Virus record (IMG/VR): IMGVR_UViG_3300005337_000001 | Location: 131,581 to 195,580 of that record | Length of the DNA stretch: 64,000 bases | Origin: a virus | Direction: 5' to 3' (one strand) | Shown: positions 25,674 through 33,717 of the stretch, piece by piece | How the letters are laid out: every line of letters starts with the position of its first letter | Numbering within the stretch: the stretch's first letter is position 1 | The notes under the pieces: model-generated | Told to the model about the DNA's origin: nothing | Databases searched by the model: none | The model's input: only the letters and a program-made list of their open reading frames with translations | Program-made: the position numbers and the translations under genes

Positions 25674-27470
25674 ATGAAGCTCATCAAGAGGAACCCCGAC
25701 CTCGGGTACTTGGACACGATGCTGTGGGTTCCGAAGAAGCTCCTCAACGTCGAAGGCGTAAAGAGGGCGCTGGAGTTTGAGCTTACCGACCGCGACTCGA
25801 TCAGGTGCCTCCGTCTCTGGGAAGAGGCGGAGCACCATCTGATCGTCCCCCGCGCGTTCTGGAAGCCAGGTGACTTGCCTTTCGACTGCGTCGACTGCAG
25901 GCCTACAAGCTTCGCGCGCACCGGCGTGAAGAGCAAGATTCGCCTCGACTACAAACCCCTCAAAGGAAAGCTGCTCCCGACAGGAGAAACCGTACAGTCA
26001 GACGCCATCCAAGCCTTGCTCGAGGCCATGGGTGGCGTGCTGCAGCTGGCGTGCGGCAAAGGGAAAACCGTCGTGGCTCTTCATCTAGCCTCCCTTTTGC
26101 AAGTGCCCATGCTCATCGTCGTCGACAACACGACGTTGATGGTGCAATGGCAAGACGAGATCGCACGGCACCTCGACGTACCAGGCGGCGTCGGGCTCAT
26201 CAAGGGTCAGGTCAAAGACTGGAAGAAGGGCATCGTGCTGGCGACGTACCACACGCTAGCCAACTGGGCTTCAACGATACCCGAGGAGGTTCGTCGTTGG
26301 TTCGGACTCATCGTCTGGGACGAAGGGCACCACATCAGCGCACCCACGTTCAGCAAGAGCGCGCCTCTTTTTTACGGCTATCGTCTGGCGTTGACCGCCA
26401 CGCCGACCAGGCCGGACGGCACGCACGTTATCTGCCAGCACCACATCGGCGACATCATCTTCAAGGACCTGATCCAGGACATGCCGCCGAAGATCTACTT
26501 CAAATGGACCGGCTTCGAGCTCGACTTCGAGAGCTCGCAAACTCGGGATGCCGTCTGTGACAAGAACGGTGAGATGCACCTTGGCAAGGTAGCGGGTCAC
26601 TTTGGGGCCAGCCGGAAGCGCATGACGGAAGTTGTGTTGCCTGAGGTACGCAAGCTGCTGAGCGGGGGACACAAGGTCATCGTGCTGTCGCACTCGGTCG
26701 ACGAGGTCATCAATCTCCACGCGCTCTGGACTGGCAGCGCCTTAGGCCAAAAGGACGAGGACATCGAGCTCTACACCGACATCCCATACCCAACGTCCGA
26801 GGACGTCGGCGAGACCCTGCCTGGCGCTGAATTGAAGAAGGACCAGGTAGCACGTGCCGTCCGCACCGTCACCGACATCAAAAACAACCTGAAGGCCAAC
26901 CCCAACATGGCCAAGGCGAAGCGCGAGATGGCGGAGGAGCGGCTCAAGAAGTACGCAGAGCTGCTGGAACAGTACGCTGTGTGGAAGAAGACCGAGAAGG
27001 AGATGCGCCGGCGCCAGCGCGCTTACTTGAAAGAGCTGCTGGCGAAGAAGAGCACCAGCGGGATCTTCACCGAAGCCGTCGAACCCGAGGAGCGCTTCAA
27101 GATGCTGAAGGAGCGTCAGGTCATCTTCGCCATCATGAAGTACGGCAAGGAAGGCCTCGACGACAAGAACTTGTCGGCCATCCTGGTCAGCGAGCCCATC
27201 TCGGACCGGAACACCCTTCAGCAGATCATGGGCAGACCCAGGGACAAGAACAACTCGGTACTCATCTTCCTCGAAGACAACATCGGCCCGCTCATCGGGC
27301 AATGCCGCAAGCTGCGGCACCACCTTCGCGATTGGCCTATCGACGAGGGCGGTCCTTTCAAGTACGAACAGATCGGCCACCCCTCAACACACCGACGACA
27401 AGGAAGCACATGGAACGCACAGACACGCCAGAACTTGAGAAGACCGGGCCTGCAGGCACCTGGCTCGTAA
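25674..27470 (+). CDS. superfamily-2 helicase (UvsW / type III Res-like)
   Basis: LACGKGKT, IVWDEGHH, LTATPTRPDG, YGKEGLD, QQIMGRP. Confidence 0.88.
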   Translation: MKLIKRNPDLGYLDTMLWVPKKLLNVEGVKRALEFELTDRDSIRCLRLWEEAEHHLIVPRAFWKPGDLPFDCVDCRPTSFARTGVKSKIRLDYKPLKGKLLPTGETVQSDAIQALLEAMGGVLQLACGKGKTVVALHLASLLQVPMLIVVDNTTLMVQWQDEIARHLDVPGGVGLIKGQVKDWKKGIVLATYHTLANWASTIPEEVRRWFGLIVWDEGHHISAPTFSKSAPLFYGYRLALTATPTRPDGTHVICQHHIGDIIFKDLIQDMPPKIYFKWTGFELDFESSQTRDAVCDKNGEMHLGKVAGHFGASRKRMTEVVLPEVRKLLSGGHKVIVLSHSVDEVINLHALWTGSALGQKDEDIELYTDIPYPTSEDVGETLPGAELKKDQVARAVRTVTDIKNNLKANPNMAKAKREMAEERLKKYAELLEQYAVWKKTEKEMRRRQRAYLKELLAKKSTSGIFTEAVEPEERFKMLKERQVIFAIMKYGKEGLDDKNLSAILVSEPISDRNTLQQIMGRPRDKNNSVLIFLEDNIGPLIGQCRKLRHHLRDWPIDEGGPFKYEQIGHPSTHRRQGSTWNAQTRQNLRRPGLQAPGS

Positions 27471-27898
27471 TCATTGGGGTCACCGGCAAGTACATCGTAC
27501 GCACGCTCAAGACGATGGAGGAAGTGCGCGAGATTCACGACCGTAACGGTCGGCTCGACACCGAGGATTGCTTCGAGTTCATCTCGAACCTGCAGGTGCG
27601 TCCGGCCATGGACCCGCGTACGCAGCAGCCACTGGGCTTGAGCTTCAGCAAGCAGACCATAGCGTGCCGCATCGACGCTACCCTCTTCCCGATGCCGCTG
27701 GCGCTGTCGCTGTTTGGAGCTGCGTTGTATTTCCTCGACGACCTGAAGGAAGGCGACGCCATGGCCTACAAGGACATCATCCGCGACGCCGTGCGCATGG
27801 GCGACGACATGCACAAGCAGCGCGTCGAAGCACTAACGGGCATCAAGGCAGCGCAGGCTAGCGCTATTCCTCAGGTCGGGCTGCCGTTTGTCCGCTGA
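27410..27898 (+). CDS. hypothetical protein
   Basis: AGGA RBS; MERTDTPE start; ordered-looking 162 aa. Confidence 0.65.
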   Translation: MERTDTPELEKTGPAGTWLVIIGVTGKYIVRTLKTMEEVREIHDRNGRLDTEDCFEFISNLQVRPAMDPRTQQPLGLSFSKQTIACRIDATLFPMPLALSLFGAALYFLDDLKEGDAMAYKDIIRDAVRMGDDMHKQRVEALTGIKAAQASAIPQVGLPFVR

Positions 27899-28763
27899 CG
27901 CACGCAAAACACTTCCGATGCTATGCGACGAGTGGATGGGTTGCACCAAGTGCAGCCTGTCCACCCACCGTGAGGCCAATCAAGGGCACATGGTATTTGG
28001 TGAAGGACGCCAGCGTGGCATCCTCTTCCTGGGAGAGGGCCCCGGCGCCACCGAAGAAAACTACGGCAGACCGTTCATCGGAAAGTCGGGCGACCTGCTG
28101 CACAGGTTCTTGGACCACTACAAAATCAAGAACTTCTACATCACTAACGTCGTGGCCTGCCGCTCTTGCATACCCATGACAGACGCGCTCGGCAACCCCG
28201 TCTTCTCACGAGGTCGAGGGAACATGCCTGGCGCGCCGCGCTACAAAGACCAGCCTCCCACCAAGGACCAGATGGAGGCCTGCGCTCCTCGAGTCTACGA
28301 GGAAATCTACATGGCGGACCCAGTGCTCATCGTGGCATTGGGTCAGAACGCAGCTTCGTTCTTGCGCAGGTCCAGCGTGAAGATCACACAGGAGCGCGGC
28401 GTTGCTCAAGAGATAGCGATACCTGGCGCCGGCTTCAAAGCAAACCTGTCCGCGAAGAAGCGCGAGTGGGCTCGCAAGGTGAAGGGCCAGCTCGTCGCCC
28501 CGGTCGAGCAGAGCACAGTACGCTACCTCATGTTGCCGACCTTTCACCCATCCTTCGTGCTGCGCAACAAGCACGACGAAAAACCAAACAATCCCTTCCA
28601 GTTGTTCGCCAGAGACCTCGAGATGGCGAAGATGCTGTACAACAGGTACTACGTCGAAGTCAGCGGCATTGCACCAGACGACTACGAAGATGAAACGCCG
28701 GACGCCGACGTACCCTACAGCATCCTGGAAGACATCGAGAGAGCAGAAGGAGCAGAGGACTGA
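27888..28763 (+). CDS. udg: family-4 uracil-DNA glycosylase
   Basis: CTKCSL Fe-S cysteines, FLGEGPG..E...GRPFIGKSG, YITNVVAC, PP..MEAC, IVALG, TFHPSFVLR. Confidence 0.9.
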   Translation: MSADARKTLPMLCDEWMGCTKCSLSTHREANQGHMVFGEGRQRGILFLGEGPGATEENYGRPFIGKSGDLLHRFLDHYKIKNFYITNVVACRSCIPMTDALGNPVFSRGRGNMPGAPRYKDQPPTKDQMEACAPRVYEEIYMADPVLIVALGQNAASFLRRSSVKITQERGVAQEIAIPGAGFKANLSAKKREWARKVKGQLVAPVEQSTVRYLMLPTFHPSFVLRNKHDEKPNNPFQLFARDLEMAKMLYNRYYVEVSGIAPDDYEDETPDADVPYSILEDIERAEGAED

Positions 28764-28765
28764 CC

Positions 28766-29203
28766 ATGAAGAGCACCGCAAAAGGCAAACGTGTCCCCAT
28801 CGCCGAAATCGATTCCGTCCAGAAGCTGGCGGACTTGAAGATGGAGATCGACGGCCTGAAAGCAGAGCACCCCGAGGTGTTCATGAAGTACGCCGACCTC
28901 GTCGACCGCTACAACACCGTCCTCGAAGAGGCCGAGAAAGAAGTGCGGGCGCGGGGCGTAAGCTGCGGCGATTTCGACAACTACTCGACGTCGGTGAAGT
29001 TCGACGCCGTCAAGATGTTCGAAGAGCTGGGCGAAGATATGTTCATCGCCGCCGGCGGCATCATGAACAAGAAGACGGTGTACGAGGTCGACCCGAAGAA
29101 GGTCGAAGCAGCCATCGCCAACGGCACCGTTCCGGAAGACTGCGTCGACAACTTCCGTGAAGTGCGCCGCAACTACCGCAAGCCCGACAAACTCAGTGCA
29201 TAG
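28766..29203 (+). CDS. hypothetical coiled-coil protein
   Basis: 145-aa ORF tightly packed in the operon. Confidence 0.7.
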   Translation: MKSTAKGKRVPIAEIDSVQKLADLKMEIDGLKAEHPEVFMKYADLVDRYNTVLEEAEKEVRARGVSCGDFDNYSTSVKFDAVKMFEELGEDMFIAAGGIMNKKTVYEVDPKKVEAAIANGTVPEDCVDNFREVRRNYRKPDKLSA

Positions 29204-29219
29204 CAACTGGTCCCGCGAA

Positions 29220-29486
29220 ATGAAAAGTCCAAAGAAGGGCCAGACGTCTGAGGCCGGCCAGATCGTCGAAGACAAATTCGCAGCGCTCTGGACAGACCGC
29301 AGCGTCGACCCGGCCCGCGTTGCGGTCGGCACAGCAGAGGGCATGGACTTCGGGCAACTGAAAGTCTCGGTCACCGTGTCGGTGGCCTGTGATCAAACCG
29401 AAGCTGCCATCAACAAGGCGGGCGAGCTTGCCTTCTACAAAGCCGTCGAGCTAATGCGTGATGGCTGGAGCGAGCTCAACAAGTAG
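29220..29486 (+). CDS. hypothetical protein
   Basis: In-operon ORF; start uncertain. Confidence 0.6.
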   Translation: MKSPKKGQTSEAGQIVEDKFAALWTDRSVDPARVAVGTAEGMDFGQLKVSVTVSVACDQTEAAINKAGELAFYKAVELMRDGWSELNK

Positions 29487-29495
29487 GATTGAAAC

Positions 29496-29819
29496 ATGCC
29501 CGTCATTGGAACCCCTGCCTTCAACGCCGTAGCCATTCTGAAGATCGACGCCATCCACTTCCACCACAACAGCATCGCGCTAGTAGCGCACGGAGCCTTC
29601 GTGAGCACCGAGACCGGCAGCACGTACGGAAGTACAACGTGCCGCCAGTGGTCGAAGCTCACGCTCGATAAGCTGGCTGAGCTCCGTGCGCTGATGGAAG
29701 AAGACCTAGCAGCTCTCGTGTTCAACCGACAGCCCATGGCAGCAGCTGTCTCGCAGCAGACAGAACCTGGTGGTATCGGTGAGGCTTTGCGAAACGCTAA
29801 CGACGCGCCACAAGTCTAA
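29496..29819 (+). CDS. hypothetical protein
   Basis: AGGA RBS; 107 aa. Confidence 0.65.
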   Translation: MPVIGTPAFNAVAILKIDAIHFHHNSIALVAHGAFVSTETGSTYGSTTCRQWSKLTLDKLAELRALMEEDLAALVFNRQPMAAAVSQQTEPGGIGEALRNANDAPQV

Positions 29820-29966
29820 CCACAAGAGCTTGGTGCACTACATGCGTTGCCGCACGACATCTTGGGGTCGTGCAGGAGCAGGTTGACGAACGTGAAGAGG
29901 GACTCCAGCATGAGTCCCTTTCTCCGGCACCCTGCGTGACGCATCAACAACAAAAATGGAGGCAGC

Positions 29967-31397
29967 TTGGCTAACCCCGAGATGGGATTGCTCAGCAAGA
30001 TTGTTCGGCACGATGCGCTCAAGCAGGCCATCGAATGGGGTCTACGCGAAGAAGACTTCCTGACCGACGAGGGCCGCGCCATCTACCAGCACATGCTGAT
30101 GATGATCCGCGACCCGAGGTTCAACGGATCAACGCCCGGCGTGAACGTCATGGCGAAGCTCTACCCGAACTTCGACATGTGCGACGACGAGGGCATGTCG
30201 CTCGAGGCGTACTGCACCATGGTGCGGGAGGAGAAGCTAGCCGTAGAGCTTCAGGGAGCCACGCGCGAAGCCCTGGTCTCAAGTGAAAATGCCGTACAAC
30301 GCACCACGAAGCTCATGGACAGACTGCAGCGCAACGTCCTCTCTGTAGCGTATGGTCAGCGCGACGACGTGAACTTCGCAGACGCGCTCACCAGGATCGT
30401 GGCTGACTACGATTTGCGTGAATCGGGCGTGGACCTGTCTGTCGGCAAGTGGCCGTGGAAACCGTTCAACGATACGTCTGGTGGACTTCAGAGCGACGAC
30501 TACATCGTTCTCTACGGCAGGCCGAAGAGCAAGAAGTCCTGGGTCCTGGCCGCGTTCATCGCCAGCTTGTACCTACAGGACAAGACGGTGCTCATCTACA
30601 CGAAGGAGATGACGGCGGACAACATCCTCACGCGCGTAGCTGCATGCATCATCGGCGTGCCCTACCAAGAGCTGCGTACAGGTAGGATGAGCCGGGAGAT
30701 GCGCCAGAGGCTTGGCATGCTGCAGCAAGTAGTGGCGGAGATGCAAGCCACCCAGCGCATGATTTGCTTGAACGGCAAAGACTCGGGCGGCAATGACACA
30801 GTCGAATGGCTCGAAGCCAAGGCGAAGAAGTACAAACCGGACGTCATCTTCATCGACGGCCTCTACCTGATGAACGACAGCCGTGGCAGCAAAAACCAGA
30901 AGGACAACTTCCGAGTGCAGAACATTTCACGCGCGTGTCGCCAGATGGTGCTCTCGCTTGGCATCCCGCTGATAGCCACCCTTCAAGCTACTCGCGCTGC
31001 GTCGGCGCACAAGAGCGCCAACCTGGACGAGATTGCGTTCTCCGACGCCATCGGGCAGGACGTGACGTGCGCCATTCGTGTCATCAGCGACGACGACCTA
31101 GACACCATCACCCTAGTAGTAGGCGGCTCGCGCGAGTACAAGTTCAGCGGCTGCCTCATCAACGGCAAGTGCGCCGAGGACTTCAACTGGGTGAAGAACC
31201 TCAACCAGCGCGAGATCGACAGCATCAAGCAGAGGGACGAACGTGGCGACGAGAAAGCCTCTGGCGTCCTACCAAACGGAAAGCCGAACCCAGGCAGGCA
31301 GGACCATAAGAAGGGCCTACCTACGGAGAGGCAGCAAATAAATCGGCAATTCAAGAGCCTCAACAGCAGGCCTAGACCAGGCATGAGGGCGCCATGA
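29967..31397 (+). CDS. dnaB: replicative DnaB-family helicase
   Basis: GGAGG RBS, TTG start; variant Walker A GRPKSKKS, VIFIDGLYLM, LQATR, AFSDAIGQD. Confidence 0.85.
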   Translation: MANPEMGLLSKIVRHDALKQAIEWGLREEDFLTDEGRAIYQHMLMMIRDPRFNGSTPGVNVMAKLYPNFDMCDDEGMSLEAYCTMVREEKLAVELQGATREALVSSENAVQRTTKLMDRLQRNVLSVAYGQRDDVNFADALTRIVADYDLRESGVDLSVGKWPWKPFNDTSGGLQSDDYIVLYGRPKSKKSWVLAAFIASLYLQDKTVLIYTKEMTADNILTRVAACIIGVPYQELRTGRMSREMRQRLGMLQQVVAEMQATQRMICLNGKDSGGNDTVEWLEAKAKKYKPDVIFIDGLYLMNDSRGSKNQKDNFRVQNISRACRQMVLSLGIPLIATLQATRAASAHKSANLDEIAFSDAIGQDVTCAIRVISDDDLDTITLVVGGSREYKFSGCLINGKCAEDFNWVKNLNQREIDSIKQRDERGDEKASGVLPNGKPNPGRQDHKKGLPTERQQINRQFKSLNSRPRPGMRAP

Positions 31398-32377
31398 ACG
31401 ACATCCCCGACGACCCGCTGATGCGGAAGGTCCGAGACACCATCGACAAGCACCTGCGGAAAGTGCGCCCGTCAGGTTCGAACAACATCGTAGCTCTATG
31501 CCCTTTCCACGACGATCACTCGCCGTCGTTTTCGATGAGCGTCGTGAACGGGCTCTTCATTTGCTTCTCGTGTGGCGAGACGGGCAACTTCAGGAAGTTT
31601 TTGACACAAGTCGGAATGTCACCCGACGAGATCAAATACCACTACGGACGCACGCTCGAAGAGCTGAAGAAGAACGCACCGCCTCCGCCAGATCCGACGA
31701 AGCCCGGCGTCGTGATGGAGTCGAACAGGCATTTGCCGGAAGAGCTCTTGGGCATCTTCCACCACTGCCCACTCGACCTGATCGAAGAAGGCTTCGATGA
31801 AGCGACGCTCGAAGAGTTCGGGGTCGGCGTCGACGAGAAACACCAACGCATCACGTACCCTATGCGCGACCTGCACGGAAACCTGGTGGGCATCAGCGGC
31901 CGCGCAATGCACGAAGACCAGGAGCCCAGGTACAAGGTCTACGACAAGGAGTACCTGGCCTGGGAGCTCCCGCCCTACGACACAGACAAGAGCCTCTGCC
32001 TCTGGAATGCGCACAACGTCTACGCCGCTACCAGGACCAGCGTGACCAACGAGCCCATCGTGATCGTGGAGGGATTCAAAGCAGCCATGTGGTTGAAACA
32101 AGCCGGCGTCAAGTACATCACGGCCCTGATGACGGCCTCGATGAGCTGGGCGCAGAAGTGGATGCTAGAACGCATGGGCAAACGCTTCATCGTCATGCTG
32201 GACAACAACGACGCGGGCATAAAAGGGACAATCAACGTCACACGGGAGCTTGCAAAAATCTCCTCAAATGTGCGAGTAGTGGAGTACGAAGAAGAGCAAC
32301 CTTCAGATGTTCCTCGTGAGGACGTGCTGGAGGTGGTGTACAACGCAACGCCTTACGACTTGATGCTTCATGATTAG
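31394..32377 (+). CDS. dnaG: DnaG-type primase
   Basis: CHC2 Zn finger CPFHDDHSPSF..CFSCG; TOPRIM IVEGFKAA, LDNNDAG. Confidence 0.92.
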   Translation: MNDIPDDPLMRKVRDTIDKHLRKVRPSGSNNIVALCPFHDDHSPSFSMSVVNGLFICFSCGETGNFRKFLTQVGMSPDEIKYHYGRTLEELKKNAPPPPDPTKPGVVMESNRHLPEELLGIFHHCPLDLIEEGFDEATLEEFGVGVDEKHQRITYPMRDLHGNLVGISGRAMHEDQEPRYKVYDKEYLAWELPPYDTDKSLCLWNAHNVYAATRTSVTNEPIVIVEGFKAAMWLKQAGVKYITALMTASMSWAQKWMLERMGKRFIVMLDNNDAGIKGTINVTRELAKISSNVRVVEYEEEQPSDVPREDVLEVVYNATPYDLMLHD

Positions 32378-32378
32378 C

Positions 32379-32436
32379 CCCGTACGGGCATGAACCGACC
32401 CCATGGGGTCACGACACGAAACGGTCCCATGGGACC
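32379..32436. promoter_or_regulatory. three tandem palindromes upstream of the SSB gene
   Basis: CCCGTACGGG, GACCCCATGGGGTC and GGTCCCATGGGACC are perfect palindromes. Confidence 0.7.
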
Positions 32437-32448
32437 AAAGGAGAACAG

Positions 32449-33651
32449 ATGGCATTCGGAAAAGATCGCGGCAAGGTGGGGAACATGAATCTGCGCCAGC
32501 AGATGCGGCGCGGGTCGAAGAGACCGCCTAAAGGGAGCGGTGGCGGTGGAGGTGGCGCGCCGTACTTCGTCAACAAGTACCAGCCACCAGATGCAGGCCC
32601 CGCTGACGTCATCCGCGTGATCCCTGGCAACTACCCGACGCCGCGCGTGGACTTCGACGCGAAGGACTACGTGCGAGATGAAGCGGGCAACGTGGTCATG
32701 GACCCGTATGCGTACATGAAGTACATCGAGTACTACCACGGCACGCGCAACCGTAGCTGCATCGGCTCGGAAGGTCCGCTCGGCAACTTCAAAGGCAAGG
32801 GCGAGCCCTGCGTCGCCATGGACTGGTACTGGTGGGAGTGGCGTGAGCGGCAGCGCACGGGCAACAAGGCGCACCCGAAGTCGATGAGCCAACGCGAGAA
32901 GTTCGCATTCACCGTGCTCGTACAAGCCCCGTTCTACAAGGTCCCGCGCGTCGTCGACGGGCAGATCAAGATGAACGAGACTACCAACGAGCCGTACTAC
33001 GACTGGCTCAAAGGTTCGAAGCGCCCCAACAACGAGTACGACCAGGCCGGCTACGAGCGCAAGGAAGGCCACCTGCAGCACTGGTCGATGGGCACGGCGC
33101 ACTGGAACACGCTCACCGAGTACACCGACAGCCTGGCCAAGCACTGCCGGCATTGCTCGGGGCACGACTGCATCGAAGAAGTCGCGCTCATCTGCCAGCA
33201 CTGCGGCGACGCAGTGGTGGAGTTTGCCACCACGTCGCTGTCCGACGAGGACATCGAACGGGTGCGCAGCGAGGAAGCCAAGTGCGGTAGTTGCGGTGCC
33301 ATCGACTACCTCGAAGAAATGATCACGTGCACCCAGTGCAACAGCGCCGAGCAGGCCACGCTGTTCGATTTCGACCTCAGCGTGAAACGCGTGAAGACCG
33401 CCGGTCAGGAAGGCAACCAAACGACGCTCCAAATCTTGAGCGCCGTGGGTCCGCGCCCCATCGACCCAATCTACGGTGACGACTTGCGAAAGCCGCTGCC
33501 TCTCGACAAGATCTTCGCGCCCACGCCGATTGCTAAACAGATCGAATTGTTCGGAGAAGTTCCGGCAGCCGGTCAAGACCAGGGCCAGCAGCAAGGCCAA
33601 GGGACTCAGCGCCAACCGAGCACCAAAGGCGCGCGCTCGTACGGCGGCTAG
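32449..33651 (+). CDS. gp32-like single-stranded DNA-binding protein with Zn-finger insert
   Basis: AAAGGAG RBS; VIRVIPG, aromatic-rich core, TLFDFDLSVKR..G..TTLQI; four CxxC; lies between primase and polymerase. Confidence 0.6.
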   Translation: MAFGKDRGKVGNMNLRQQMRRGSKRPPKGSGGGGGGAPYFVNKYQPPDAGPADVIRVIPGNYPTPRVDFDAKDYVRDEAGNVVMDPYAYMKYIEYYHGTRNRSCIGSEGPLGNFKGKGEPCVAMDWYWWEWRERQRTGNKAHPKSMSQREKFAFTVLVQAPFYKVPRVVDGQIKMNETTNEPYYDWLKGSKRPNNEYDQAGYERKEGHLQHWSMGTAHWNTLTEYTDSLAKHCRHCSGHDCIEEVALICQHCGDAVVEFATTSLSDEDIERVRSEEAKCGSCGAIDYLEEMITCTQCNSAEQATLFDFDLSVKRVKTAGQEGNQTTLQILSAVGPRPIDPIYGDDLRKPLPLDKIFAPTPIAKQIELFGEVPAAGQDQGQQQGQGTQRQPSTKGARSYGG

Positions 33652-33666
33652 TCGACGAAACGTGGG

Positions 33667-33702
33667 AGAGGCTCTTCCCGCTGGGAGGGGCCTCTTTCTT
33701 TT
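33667..33702 (+). terminator. intrinsic terminator
   Basis: 13-bp stem (AGAGGCTCTTCCC/GGGAGGGGCCTCT, two G-U pairs) followed by TTCTTTT. Confidence 0.8.
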
Positions 33703-33717
33703 ACCCTGAGGAGCGCT

